Positions 6,075-15,140 of a DNA stretch of 64,000 nt are shown piece after piece. The position numbers were made by a program, and so were the translations under genes. Source of the stretch: Brevundimonas sp. (GTDB lineage: Bacteria; Pseudomonadota; Alphaproteobacteria; Caulobacterales; Caulobacteraceae); assembly GCF_036732845.1 (NCBI RefSeq), contig NZ_DAINBO010000006.1, positions 20,243-84,242 on the forward strand, written 5' to 3'. The notes beneath the pieces are model-generated. The model made no database searches and was not told where the DNA came from. It saw only the letters and a program-made list of their open reading frames with translations. The stretch's first letter is position 1. Every line of letters starts with the position of its first letter.

Positions 6075-8969
6075 TCAGGCCGCCGGCCTCGCAGGGGCCG
6101 GCGCCGCTTGAGCAGGACGGGCGGGCGCCGCGGGTCGGTTCCCGCCCGTTTTCTGTCTGATGTTGGCCTTCATGGCCGTGACCCAGCCGTTGAAGGTGTC
6201 GACGCCCGCCGCCAGGGCCGCGAAATCACCGGCCGACGTCGCCCCGCCCATGCCGTCCAGGCCGTCCAGCGCGATCCTCAGACCATCGGCGCTTCGCGCC
6301 CGCGCCACGAAGGGCTGATAGTTGCGCGACAGCCGCGCCAGGGCGCCCGCGTCCCGGCCCAGGGAATAGCCGATCCCGGCGCGCAGCAGCCGCGCCTCTT
6401 CGTCCGGCGTCAGGGCCGTGGCCGTGTCCTTGTAGCGATCGCCCAGCCGCGCCTCATACAGGGCCGCCGCCTCGCCCCATTTCTCCTGTTTCCAGAAGAC
6501 GTCGGCCCGCACCTCGCGCGCCGCCGGGCTGTTGTCGTTCTCCAGCAGCTCCAGCGCGTGGTCGAACCGGCCCAGGTCCATCAGCGCCCGCGCCTCCAGC
6601 GCCCGGCGCTCGGCGTTCATGGCCGTGGGCAATAGGGTGGTGCGCGATCCCCACAGGGCCTGCAACGCCGCCTCGGGCTGGCGGTCCATCAGATAGACGG
6701 CGGCCAGATCGGTCGCCACCTGGGCCTTGGCCACGCCCTCCAGCCGGTTGTCGACCTGGTATTTCAACAGTTCCGCCGCCTGTTTCAGCAGGTCGACGTC
6801 GATCAGCCGCCGCGCCAGGCGCCGCACCATCTCGTCGCCGTCCGCCCCGATCGGGGTCAGGTCGCGGAAATCGTAGAACAGGGCCAGGGCCTGGATCGGC
6901 TGCAAGCCGTCGGCCGTCCCGTCCAGGAACAGACTCTTGAACGCCTCGTTCAGATCGGTCTGGATTTCGGCGGCGCCCGGCAGTTGGGCCATCCGCTTGC
7001 CCGCCCCGCGCAGGGCGTCCAGCGCCTCGCGGTACCGGCCCTGCGACAGATACAGACTGCCCAGGGTGCGGATCACCGCCAGTTCGGTCGCATCGCCGCG
7101 CCAGCGCCATTTCAGCGATTCCAGCTCGGCCGCCGCCGCGTCGGGCTTCATCGTCCCCTTGGCCAGACCGATGCGCACCAGCCCCAGCTTGGCGGGGGTC
7201 GCGATCCCGTCCAGCGGCGCGCGCGCCACCGCCTGATAGACCCGCACCGCGCGATCCGTCTGGCCTTGCAGTTCAAACATCCGCGCCTGCACCAGCCGCG
7301 CCGACAACTGGTCGGCCGCCGAGGCGTTCTGGCTGAAACTATAGTCCAGCAGCGAAGCCGCCGCGGTCATGTCCCCGGTCTCCAGCGCCGCCAGGGCGTG
7401 GGCCGCGCCGAACCGCGCCCGCCATTCGGCCGGGAAGTCGTCGATCACCCCGGCGCCGGCCGTGAAGGCCTGGCGCGCGCCGGCCCAGTCGCCGTGCTCG
7501 GCGGCGATATAGCCCAGCCACACCTTGGTCGCCGGATCGCCCGCCACCGAGGCGCCCGAGAAGTCCGCCTGGGCCTCGTCCAGCCGCCCGATCTGGGCGC
7601 GGGCCGCGCCGCGCAGGCCGCGCACCTCCGGTTCGCCCAACATGTTGGGCGCCGTCTTGACCAGGGCGTTCAGCACCCCGATCGCCTCATAGGCCAGGCC
7701 CGAGCCGATCAGAAACCGGGCCAGGGCCAGCCGCGCCTCGACCGGCGCGCGCGGGTCCTCGCCCGCCTTGGCCGTCTCCTCGGCCGCCTTGGCCTGAAGG
7801 TCGCGATAACGGGTGGTGAAGCCGCCGTCGGCCGGCGCCGCCCACTCGGCCAGGATCAGGCCCGGATGCGGCGCCTTCTTGGGCGCATGGTCTTCGGCCG
7901 CCGCCGCCTCCAGCGCCGCCGACGGCGCCGACAGGGTCAGGCCCCCCGGCCGGTTCAGGGTCACCAGATCGCCCTCGGCGGCGATCGTCAGATTGTCGGC
8001 TCGGCTTTCGATCGCCAGGCCCTGGGCGGTCGGCAACAGGGTCAGGTCCACCGTCTCGCGCCGGTCGGCGAACCCCTTGCCGGGGGCCAGGGCCGTCACC
8101 GCCGCGAAGCGGTCGCCGACCATGGGATCGGTCAGCCACACCGTCCGCGTCGCCCCGGCCATCCGCGCCACCAGGGCGTTGGTCCCCTGGTCGTCGCGCA
8201 CCACCTCGACGCCCCCGGCCGCCTGGGACGCGCCGCCGATGGTCACCTTCCAGCCGTTGCCGTCGGCCACGGCCGCGACCGGCAGGTTCTCGGCCGCCTT
8301 GACCCGCACCACGGTGTAGTCCGGTCCCGCCGCCCAGTGGGCGCTCTCGGCCGGACCCAGGGCCTTGGCCCCGCTCAGGTCCATGCGCGCGGCCGTGTCG
8401 AAGACGATCCACACTGCCTCGCCGCGCCGGAACACCGCCGCCCCCACGGGCGCGGTCCAGTCGAAGCTCAGCACCACCCGGTCGGCGGCCGCCACGGCGC
8501 GCACCGGGGCCACGCGTGCGGTCTCGGCGGCGACCTCGGGTGCGGCCGGGGCCTGTTCGGGCGAATAGAGGTTCAGCCACACCGCCCCGTCGGCATTGCC
8601 GGTGCGCGCATCGGCGCCCTCGGCCAGGGTCAGGACCAGTTCGGTCGCGCCCTGCACGGCGCGGGTCTCGACCGCGGTCACCCCCTTGGGCGGATCGACC
8701 TTCAGGCGCGACACGTCGGGCGCGGCCGTCGAACCGATGCGCACGATCACCGCCTGACCCTCGCGCCGGATGCGCGACCGGGCGCCGATGACCCCGGCGA
8801 ACTCCACGCGGGTGAAGCCGGCGTTGGCCCCGACGCGGATCTCGATCGGGTCGCCGGAGGACGCCTGTTCCTGGGCCAGGGGCGCCATCGGCGCGAACAC
8901 GACCGCGCCGGCCGCGGCGGCGGCCACGGTCGACTTCAGAAAGCGCTTGCTGGAACGAGGGCCGGACAT
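6075..8969 (-). CDS. exported 964-aa protein with N-terminal AMIN-like beta modules and C-terminal TPR repeats
   Basis: Signal peptide (KSTVAAAAAGAVVFAPMAPLAQEQ). An N-terminal module (IEIRVGANAGFTRVEFAG) resembles AMIN domains and is followed by two loosely similar modules. The C-terminal ~550 aa is Ala/Leu-rich helical repeat of TPR type. Function not recognised. Confidence 0.75.
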   Translation of the reverse strand: MSGPRSSKRFLKSTVAAAAAGAVVFAPMAPLAQEQASSGDPIEIRVGANAGFTRVEFAGVIGARSRIRREGQAVIVRIGSTAAPDVSRLKVDPPKGVTAVETRAVQGATELVLTLAEGADARTGNADGAVWLNLYSPEQAPAAPEVAAETARVAPVRAVAAADRVVLSFDWTAPVGAAVFRRGEAVWIVFDTAARMDLSGAKALGPAESAHWAAGPDYTVVRVKAAENLPVAAVADGNGWKVTIGGASQAAGGVEVVRDDQGTNALVARMAGATRTVWLTDPMVGDRFAAVTALAPGKGFADRRETVDLTLLPTAQGLAIESRADNLTIAAEGDLVTLNRPGGLTLSAPSAALEAAAAEDHAPKKAPHPGLILAEWAAPADGGFTTRYRDLQAKAAEETAKAGEDPRAPVEARLALARFLIGSGLAYEAIGVLNALVKTAPNMLGEPEVRGLRGAARAQIGRLDEAQADFSGASVAGDPATKVWLGYIAAEHGDWAGARQAFTAGAGVIDDFPAEWRARFGAAHALAALETGDMTAAASLLDYSFSQNASAADQLSARLVQARMFELQGQTDRAVRVYQAVARAPLDGIATPAKLGLVRIGLAKGTMKPDAAAAELESLKWRWRGDATELAVIRTLGSLYLSQGRYREALDALRGAGKRMAQLPGAAEIQTDLNEAFKSLFLDGTADGLQPIQALALFYDFRDLTPIGADGDEMVRRLARRLIDVDLLKQAAELLKYQVDNRLEGVAKAQVATDLAAVYLMDRQPEAALQALWGSRTTLLPTAMNAERRALEARALMDLGRFDHALELLENDNSPAAREVRADVFWKQEKWGEAAALYEARLGDRYKDTATALTPDEEARLLRAGIGYSLGRDAGALARLSRNYQPFVARARSADGLRIALDGLDGMGGATSAGDFAALAAGVDTFNGWVTAMKANIRQKTGGNRPAAPARPAQAAPAPARPAA

Positions 8970-9084
8970 TCGCGCGCACCCTCACGCGCGCGCCCTTTCA
9001 TCGCGGTTAACGCCCGTTCACCGTGACCCGCCTGCGACAAAGACGACGCTTGCGCGCACGGCCCTTCGGGCCGACATCCCGACC

Positions 9085-9507
9085 ATGTCCGATCCCGCCT
9101 GGCCGCCGCTGAACACCTTGAAGACGGGCCTGGCCTGTCGCTGTCCCCGTTGCGGCCAAGGGCCGCTGCTCAAGGGCTTTCTGACCATCCGCGAGTCCTG
9201 CCCGAAATGCGGCCTGGACTACGGCTTCGCCGACCCGGCCGACGGCCCGGCCTTCTTCGGCATGAGCCTGGTCGGCGTCATCGGCATGGTCGCCTTCATG
9301 GGCTTCGAGTTCACGGTCCATCCGCCGGTCTGGGTGCATATGGTCGTCACCCTGCCGTTGCTGACCCTGGGCTGTCTGGCCGTGCTGCGGCCGTTGAAGG
9401 GCTGGCTGGTGGCCGAGCAATACATCCACAAGGCCGAACAGGCCCAGTTCTCCAGCGTCGGCGGCCACGGCGAAGGCTCGCCCTGGAAGACCCGACGCAA
9501 GTCCTAG
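9085..9507 (+). CDS. DUF983 domain-containing membrane protein
   Basis: 140 aa from ATG 9085. Zinc-ribbon CxxC pairs (CRCPRCGQGPL..CPKCGLDY) are followed by two TM helices, the DUF983 architecture. Confidence 0.8.
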   Translation: MSDPAWPPLNTLKTGLACRCPRCGQGPLLKGFLTIRESCPKCGLDYGFADPADGPAFFGMSLVGVIGMVAFMGFEFTVHPPVWVHMVVTLPLLTLGCLAVLRPLKGWLVAEQYIHKAEQAQFSSVGGHGEGSPWKTRRKS

Positions 9508-10160
9508 GCGTCCTCGGCCTTCGCCTCGCCCAGCGCGCCCAACAGGGTCTCGCGCCCGGCCGGATTGACCGCCGCCCAGGTCACCACCGCCAGGACCAGC
9601 GGCGCCACCGACAGCGCCAGATAGCGGCCGACGATGGCGATCTGGGCCGCCATCGGGTTCAGCGGTTCGCCGACCAGGCGGCTTCCGCCCGGCTGGGTCG
9701 CCAGGGCCGGGTTCAGCATGGGCGCGATCTCGCCCCACACCACCGCCGCCACCGACAGCAGGAACAGCGCCACGATCACCCCGACGCCGATCAGGGCGGC
9801 CCGCACCGGCCGATCCGTCCGGGGCGGCGCGATCATGAAGGCCGCGAACAGCGGCACGCCCAACAGCAGCCGTTTCACCACCTCGTGCGGCAAGCCATAG
9901 ACATAGTCGCGGCCGTTCTGGACGATGTTGACGCCGATGTCCCAGCCGCCGTCGGCGCGCGCGCCGATCTCGCCGTTCATGCCGAACAGCCGCAGGACCA
10001 ACGCCGCGATCGGCCGCAACGCCGCCGCCGCCAGGTCCGCCCCGACCCACCACCACAGGGGCAACAGCACGATCAGCGCGCCCAAGGCCCACAGGCCGAA
10101 CCGGCGCCGGGCCTCTTCCTCGGGCGTCTTGGCCCGGATCGCCTCGCGCCAGCCGCTCAT
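9504..10160 (-). CDS. polytopic membrane protein translationally coupled to the exosortase-family gene
   Basis: 218 aa from ATG 10160, which forms an ATGA overlap with the upstream stop. About 5 hydrophobic helices. No catalytic motif recognised. Confidence 0.6.
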   Translation of the reverse strand: MSGWREAIRAKTPEEEARRRFGLWALGALIVLLPLWWWVGADLAAAALRPIAALVLRLFGMNGEIGARADGGWDIGVNIVQNGRDYVYGLPHEVVKRLLLGVPLFAAFMIAPPRTDRPVRAALIGVGVIVALFLLSVAAVVWGEIAPMLNPALATQPGGSRLVGEPLNPMAAQIAIVGRYLALSVAPLVLAVVTWAAVNPAGRETLLGALGEAKAEDA

Positions 10161-10714
10161 GACGCGGTCCCTTCCGAAGCGGCCTTGGCCTCGGCCGCCT
10201 TTCGGCCCTGCCGCTCCTGCCAGCGCGTCCAGAAGAAGAAGATAAGAAGCCCCTCCAGCCCGATCATCGCGTCCCACACATAGGCGTGGAAGAAGTCGAA
10301 CAGGTGCTCGGACCCGCGCGACAGGTACAACAGGCTGATGATCCGGCCCAGATTGACCACTTGCAGGGCCAGCACCCCGACCGCGGCCCCGATCAGCCCG
10401 TCCCGCAGCCGCCCCGGAAACGCCAGTATGGCCGCCACCAACAGGGCGCAGACCTCCACCGCATTGCACCCGGCCAGCACCTGAACCGCGCCGCGCCCGT
10501 CATTGAACCGCAGGATGTCGCCCTCGGCGACCACGCGGCTGTCGAACGGCGCGATCAGCGCGGCCGACAGATCGACCAGCATCCGCGTGAACGGCTGGGT
10601 GAACCCCTTGTCCGCCCACGGCGTCGCCAGGACGCTGAACAGCGCCAGCGCCACGATGCCGAAGGTCAGCAGATATTTGACCCCCGGATTGGCCAGGAAT
10701 TTTTTCAAGATCAC
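10157..10714 (-). CDS. short exosortase/archaeosortase-family protein (putative)
   Basis: 185-aa polytopic ORF with ordered Cys, Arg and His motifs: LAGCNAVEVCALL, VVNLGRIISLLYL and FDFFHAYVWDAMIG. These resemble the conserved exosortase catalytic residues. It is much shorter than EpsH-type exosortases. Confidence 0.6.
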   Translation of the reverse strand: MILKKFLANPGVKYLLTFGIVALALFSVLATPWADKGFTQPFTRMLVDLSAALIAPFDSRVVAEGDILRFNDGRGAVQVLAGCNAVEVCALLVAAILAFPGRLRDGLIGAAVGVLALQVVNLGRIISLLYLSRGSEHLFDFFHAYVWDAMIGLEGLLIFFFWTRWQERQGRKAAEAKAASEGTAS

Positions 10715-10742
10715 CCCCCGCGCCCGTCAAAGCGGAAGCTTA

Positions 10743-10819
10743 TGGCGACCCCGGCAGGACTCCAACCTGCGACCTCGGCTTTAGGAAAGCCTTGCTCTAT
10801 GCGGCTGAGCTACGGGGCC
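10743..10819 (-). tRNA. tRNA-Arg (anticodon CCU)
   Basis: The minus strand reads GGCCCCGTAGCTCAGCCGCATAGAGCAAGGCTTTCCTAAAGCCGAGGTCGCAGGTTGGAGTCCTGCCGGGGTCGCCA. It has a 7-bp acceptor stem, a D-loop (AGCTCAG), an anticodon loop (TTCCTAA), a T-arm (GGTTGGAGTCC) and an encoded CCA. Confidence 0.9.
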
Positions 10820-11062
10820 ACGTGGGGGCGGACCTAGCGGCTGGCGCGGCGTTCGCCTAGCCCCTTCCGCATCACATCGAATTCGATTGTGGTTAATCGA
10901 GCTTAAGATACAATATCTTGTAGGGAACAAATCCCGAATCGGGCCGTGTCGGTGATTCGGTCCTGATTCGTTTCGCGCCTGTTCCGCGCCTTCGCCGCCC
11001 GCCGTTAACCGCCCCGACGCCGCTTGAGCAAACGCTCGGGAATCGCCACCTTGTCCCGTGTC

Positions 11063-13570
11063 ATGAGCGACCGTTCCCCCGGCCTGGCTCCTTCGCGCGT
11101 CACCGCCGTGCTGGGACCGACCAACACCGGCAAGACCCACCTGGCGGTCGAGCGGATGCTGGGTCATGCCTCGGGCATGATCGGCCTGCCGCTGCGGCTG
11201 CTGGCGCGCGAGATCTATGAGCGGATCGTCGTCCGCCGGGGCGCCGCCGCCGTGGCCCTGATCACCGGCGAGGAGAAGATCGTCCCGCCGCGCCCGGCCT
11301 ATGTCGTCTCGACCGTCGAGGCCATGCCGATGGAGCGGTCGGTCGACTTCCTGGCCATCGACGAGATCCAACTGATCGCCGACCCGGAACGGGGCCATGT
11401 CTTCACCCAGCGCCTGCTGCACGCGCGCGGACGGTTCGAGACCATGTTCCTGGGCGCCGGAACCGCCGCGCCCCTGATCCGGCGGCTGGTCACGGACGTC
11501 GAGGTCGTCACGCGCGACCGGTTGTCGAACCTGGCCTATGCCGGGTCCAAGAAGCTGACCCGCCTGCCTCGACGCAGCGCCATCGTCGCCTTCAGCGCGG
11601 AACAGGTCTACGCCATCGCCGAGCTGATCCGCCGCCAGAGGGGCGGCGCCGCCGTGGTCATGGGCAGTCTGTCGCCCCGCACCCGCAACGCCCAGGTCGC
11701 CCTGTTCCAATCGGGCGAGGTCGATTTCCTGGTCGCCACCGACGCCATCGGCATGGGGCTGAACATGGACGTCGACCATGTCGCCTTCGCGGGCTTGCGC
11801 AAGTTCGACGGCCGCCGCACCCGCTGGCTGCACGCTCATGAGATCGGCCAGATCGCCGGTCGCGCGGGCCGCCATCTGCGCGACGGAACCTTCGGCGTCA
11901 CGGGCGAGGCCGAGGATCTGGACCCCGATCTGGTCGAACAGGTCGTGGAGCATCGCTTCGATCCGCTGGAGGCGGCCCAGTGGCGCAACGCGCGGCTGGA
12001 TTTCGACACCCTGCCCGACCTGTTGCGCTCCCTGACCGTCCAGCCGGACGTGCCCGGCCTGACCCTGACGGCCGAATCGTTGGACGAGACCCTGTTGCGC
12101 CGCGCCGCCGCCGACCCGGACATTCAGAAGATCGCCCGCTCGCGCGGCGCCGTCATGCGGTTGTGGGAGACCTGCCGCCTGCCGGACTTTCAGAAGACCA
12201 CCCCCGACGAACACGCCCGCCTGGCGCGCGACATCTTCCAGGCCCTGACCGGTCGACGCGGCCGCCTGACCCACGATTGGTTCGCCGCCCGTTTCAAGGA
12301 CCTGGACCGCGACGACGGCCAGATCGACCAGTTGTCGGCGCGCCTGTCGGGGGTGCGAACCCTGGCCTATATCGCCGCCCGCCCCGACTGGCTGGACCGG
12401 CCTCAGGAATGGCGCGAGGCCGCCCGCGCCCTGGAGGACCGGCTGTCCGACGTCCTGCACGAACGGCTGACCGCCCGCTTCGTCGACCGCAAGACCACCG
12501 CCCTGATGCGCGCCCTGAACGATCGGCCCGATCTGGGAACCGAGGTCGGCGACGACGGCGCGGTCCTGATCGAGGGCGCCAGCGTCGGCCGTCTGGACGG
12601 CGTCCGGTTTGCGCCTGAGGCGGGCGGTTCGGCCCTGGCCGACCGCGCCCTCCGCGCCGCCGCCGTGCGCGCCGTGGGACCCGAGGTGGCCCGCCGCCTG
12701 GGCCGCCTGGCCGCCGACCCGGACGAGGCCTTCTCCATCACGGCCGACGGCGGCGTCTTGTGGCGCGGCGCCCTGACGGCTCAGATCGCGGGCGGCGATC
12801 CTTTTTCGCCACGCATCCGCCTGCTGGGCGACCTGGGACCGGAACCGGCCCGCGAGCGGGCGCGACGGCGCATCGAGACCTGGCTGACGGCCGAGGCGGG
12901 CCGCGCCCTGCGCCCCCTGGCCCGCCTGCGCCGCGCGATCGAGGACGGCGCCTTGAAGGGTTTGGCGCGCGGCGTCGCCTTCCGCCTGATCGAGGCGGGT
13001 GGCGTCACCGGCCGCGCCGGGCTGGATCGCGATCTCGCCGCCCTCAGCCAGGCCGAGCGGCGCGCCCTGAAGCCGTTCGCCGTGCGCATCGGCGCCTTCG
13101 CCGTCTGGCTGCCCGCCGTGCTCAAGCCCCGCGCCCTGATCCTGGCCCAAGCCTTCGTCCCCGCCCTGCCCGGTCCCGCCTTGCCCGGCCAAGGGCTGAT
13201 CCGCCTGTCCGATCCCGCCCCGTCCGAGCGCGCCCTGTCGGCCCACGGCCGCCTCGCCGCCGGACGCTGGGCCGTGCCGGTCGAGACCGCCGAGCGTCTG
13301 GCCGTCCTGCGGACCGAGGGCGGGGGCCGCCTGTCCGACGCCGCCCTGGCCGAACTGGGCTGGACCGAAAGCCAGGCGAAAGAGATCCTGACCGCCCTGC
13401 GCCCCACGCGCCGTCAGCAACCGGACAAGCCCGGCCTGCCGGTCGTCTTGTCGCGCCCCGACAGCCCCTTCGCCGCCCTGGCCGACCTGACTCGGCCCGA
13501 CACGCCCGCGCGCCGCGCGCCGCGCCGTCACCGCCGCAAGGCCGCCGCGAGGTCCGATGGCCGGTCCTGA
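11063..13570 (+). CDS. Suv3-like ATP-dependent helicase-related protein
   Basis: Walker A (LGPTNTGKTH), motif II (AIDEIQLIAD), and helicase C motifs (VATDAIGMGLN and QIAGRAGR). Long Arg-rich C-terminal extension. ATG 11063 preferred over TTG 11024. Confidence 0.85.
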   Translation: MSDRSPGLAPSRVTAVLGPTNTGKTHLAVERMLGHASGMIGLPLRLLAREIYERIVVRRGAAAVALITGEEKIVPPRPAYVVSTVEAMPMERSVDFLAIDEIQLIADPERGHVFTQRLLHARGRFETMFLGAGTAAPLIRRLVTDVEVVTRDRLSNLAYAGSKKLTRLPRRSAIVAFSAEQVYAIAELIRRQRGGAAVVMGSLSPRTRNAQVALFQSGEVDFLVATDAIGMGLNMDVDHVAFAGLRKFDGRRTRWLHAHEIGQIAGRAGRHLRDGTFGVTGEAEDLDPDLVEQVVEHRFDPLEAAQWRNARLDFDTLPDLLRSLTVQPDVPGLTLTAESLDETLLRRAAADPDIQKIARSRGAVMRLWETCRLPDFQKTTPDEHARLARDIFQALTGRRGRLTHDWFAARFKDLDRDDGQIDQLSARLSGVRTLAYIAARPDWLDRPQEWREAARALEDRLSDVLHERLTARFVDRKTTALMRALNDRPDLGTEVGDDGAVLIEGASVGRLDGVRFAPEAGGSALADRALRAAAVRAVGPEVARRLGRLAADPDEAFSITADGGVLWRGALTAQIAGGDPFSPRIRLLGDLGPEPARERARRRIETWLTAEAGRALRPLARLRRAIEDGALKGLARGVAFRLIEAGGVTGRAGLDRDLAALSQAERRALKPFAVRIGAFAVWLPAVLKPRALILAQAFVPALPGPALPGQGLIRLSDPAPSERALSAHGRLAAGRWAVPVETAERLAVLRTEGGGRLSDAALAELGWTESQAKEILTALRPTRRQQPDKPGLPVVLSRPDSPFAALADLTRPDTPARRAPRRHRRKAAARSDGRS

Positions 13571-13856
13571 AACCTGCCGCATCGACGTCTGGCTGTGGCG
13601 CGCGCGCTTCGCCAAGACCCGCGTGATCGCCGCCGCCCTGGTCGAGGCCGGGGCGGTGCGCCTGACCCACCAGGGCCGCCAGAGCCGCCTGGACAAGCCC
13701 AGCCGCGCGGTTCACCCCGGCGACCTGGTGCTATTCGTCGTGAACGGCCGCCTGACCGAGGTTCGCGTCGAGACCCTGGGCGAACGGCGCGGCCCGGCAA
13801 GCGAGGCGCGCGCCCTCTATGCCTTGATCCCGTCCTCCGGGGAGACCCGGAGTTGA
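13557..13856 (+). CDS. RNA-binding S4 domain protein (Hsp15-like)
   Basis: 99-aa ORF; CRIDVWLWRARFAKTRVIAAALVEAGAVRL is an S4 alpha-L motif. It overlaps the helicase 3-prime end by 14 nt. Confidence 0.8.
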   Translation: MAGPETCRIDVWLWRARFAKTRVIAAALVEAGAVRLTHQGRQSRLDKPSRAVHPGDLVLFVVNGRLTEVRVETLGERRGPASEARALYALIPSSGETRS

Positions 13857-13931
13857 CACCGGCGGCCTCGCGCCGCATCTCCCCCGGCACTCCCCGCCGT
13901 GACCGGTTTCGCCGCCCCCGTCCCAAGTTCC

Positions 13932-14273
13932 ATGACCTACATCGTCACTGACGCCTGTGTGCGCTGCAAATTCATGGACTGCGTCGAGGTGTGTCCGGTC
14001 GACTGCTTCTATGAGGGCGAGAATTTCCTGGTGATCGCGCCGGACGAATGCATCGACTGCGGCGTCTGCGAGCCGGAATGCCCCGTCGACGCCATCAAGC
14101 CCGACACCGAGGACGAGCCGGACGGCAAATGGCTTCAGGTCAACGCCGAATACGCCAAGGTCTGGCCCAACATCACGGTCAAGGGCACGCCCCCCGCCGA
14201 CAAGGAGCAGTTCGAGCGCGAAACCGGCAAGTTTGAAAAGTATTTCAGCGAGAAGCCCGGCAAGGGGTCCTGA
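13932..14273 (+). CDS. fdxA: ferredoxin, 7Fe type
   Basis: [55 protein letters not shown] carries the canonical FdxA cysteine clusters. Confidence 0.9.
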   Translation: MTYIVTDACVRCKFMDCVEVCPVDCFYEGENFLVIAPDECIDCGVCEPECPVDAIKPDTEDEPDGKWLQVNAEYAKVWPNITVKGTPPADKEQFERETGKFEKYFSEKPGKGS

Positions 14274-14580
14274 CGCGACCGCGGGGCTTTCGCGGCAGCG
14301 GATTCCGGCGTCGGACCAACTGACGCTGTGGATGTTTTGAAATTCCGCAAATTTGTGATAGGTTCTTATCTATTGGATCGGGCGGATCGGGAATTCCCGC
14401 GCCGCCCGTGTTTGCGACAGAACTCCGCCCATGCAGGCGGGGTCGGCCAGAGGTTCGGTGATCCGTTTCCACGTTTGAAGGTCAGACTGCTCTCACCCGG
14501 CCGCATCGCCGGGCGAAGCCGTGTCGCCTTCTCCGGGGGTTCGTCTCGCCGTCCGTCCTGCGCCAGAAAGGACTGAAGAC

Positions 14581-15114
14581 ATGACGAGCAAGAGCGGTCT
14601 GGAATTCAAGGTTGGCGACGCGGTCGTCTATCCGGCGCACGGCGTCGGCAAGGTGGCGGCCATCGAGACCCAGGAAGTCGCCGGCATGTCGCTGGAGGTC
14701 TATGTCGTGACCTTCGACCACGAGAAGATGACCCTGCGCGTCCCGACCAAGAAGGCCAAGACGGCCGGTCTGCGCACCCTGGCCGGCGAAGACGTCGTGA
14801 CCAAGGCCCTGACCACGCTGAAGGGCCGCGCCCGCATCAAGCGCACCATGTGGTCGCGCCGCGCCCAGGAATACGAAGCCAAGATCAACTCGGGCGACCT
14901 GATCTCGATCGCCGAGGTGGTCCGCGACCTGCACCGCGCCGACAGCCAGCCGGAACAGTCCTATTCGGAGCGCCAGCTCTATGAATCGGCGCTGGACCGC
15001 ATGGCCCGCGAAGTCGCCGCCGCCAACCGCATCGACAAGGACGCCGCCGTCGAGCTGCTGGCCAAGTCGCTCAGCGCCAAGAAGCCGATCGTCGCCGCCG
15101 CCGAAGCGGCCTGA
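14581..15114 (+). CDS. carD: CarD/CdnL family transcriptional regulator
   Basis: 177 aa from ATG 14581. FKVGDAVVYPAHGVGKVAAIETQEVAGMSLEVYVV is the CarD N-terminal RNAP-interacting domain. Confidence 0.9.
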   Translation: MTSKSGLEFKVGDAVVYPAHGVGKVAAIETQEVAGMSLEVYVVTFDHEKMTLRVPTKKAKTAGLRTLAGEDVVTKALTTLKGRARIKRTMWSRRAQEYEAKINSGDLISIAEVVRDLHRADSQPEQSYSERQLYESALDRMAREVAAANRIDKDAAVELLAKSLSAKKPIVAAAEAA

Positions 15115-15140
15115 TCCTTCTCAAGGCTCCAGACGAACGA

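Noticed and set aside
9504-9507. Convergent genes (DUF983 and the exosortase partner) sharing overlapping stop codons through the palindrome CTAG.
   Set aside because: A curiosity of tight packing. No terminator or regulatory implication is demonstrable from sequence.
9504-10819. Possibility that the exosortase pair is part of a genomic island integrated at tRNA-Arg.
   Set aside because: There is no integrase and no direct repeat of the tRNA 3-prime end. Composition looks host-like by eye, and the neighbouring DUF983 and TPR genes look like core genes.
10861-10960. AT-rich patch with TTAA-N6-TTAA (GGTTAATCGAGCTTAAG) and the palindrome AAGATA-caa-TATCTT, considered as a CtrA site or replication-related element.
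   Set aside because: The spacing is N6 rather than N7. The region is the expected divergent promoter zone for tRNA-Arg and the helicase gene. There are no DnaA-box clusters or other origin features.
14328-14576. 82-aa ORF inside the carD leader.
   Set aside because: No SD, an Arg/Pro/Gly-rich composition and no family resemblance; probably non-coding leader.
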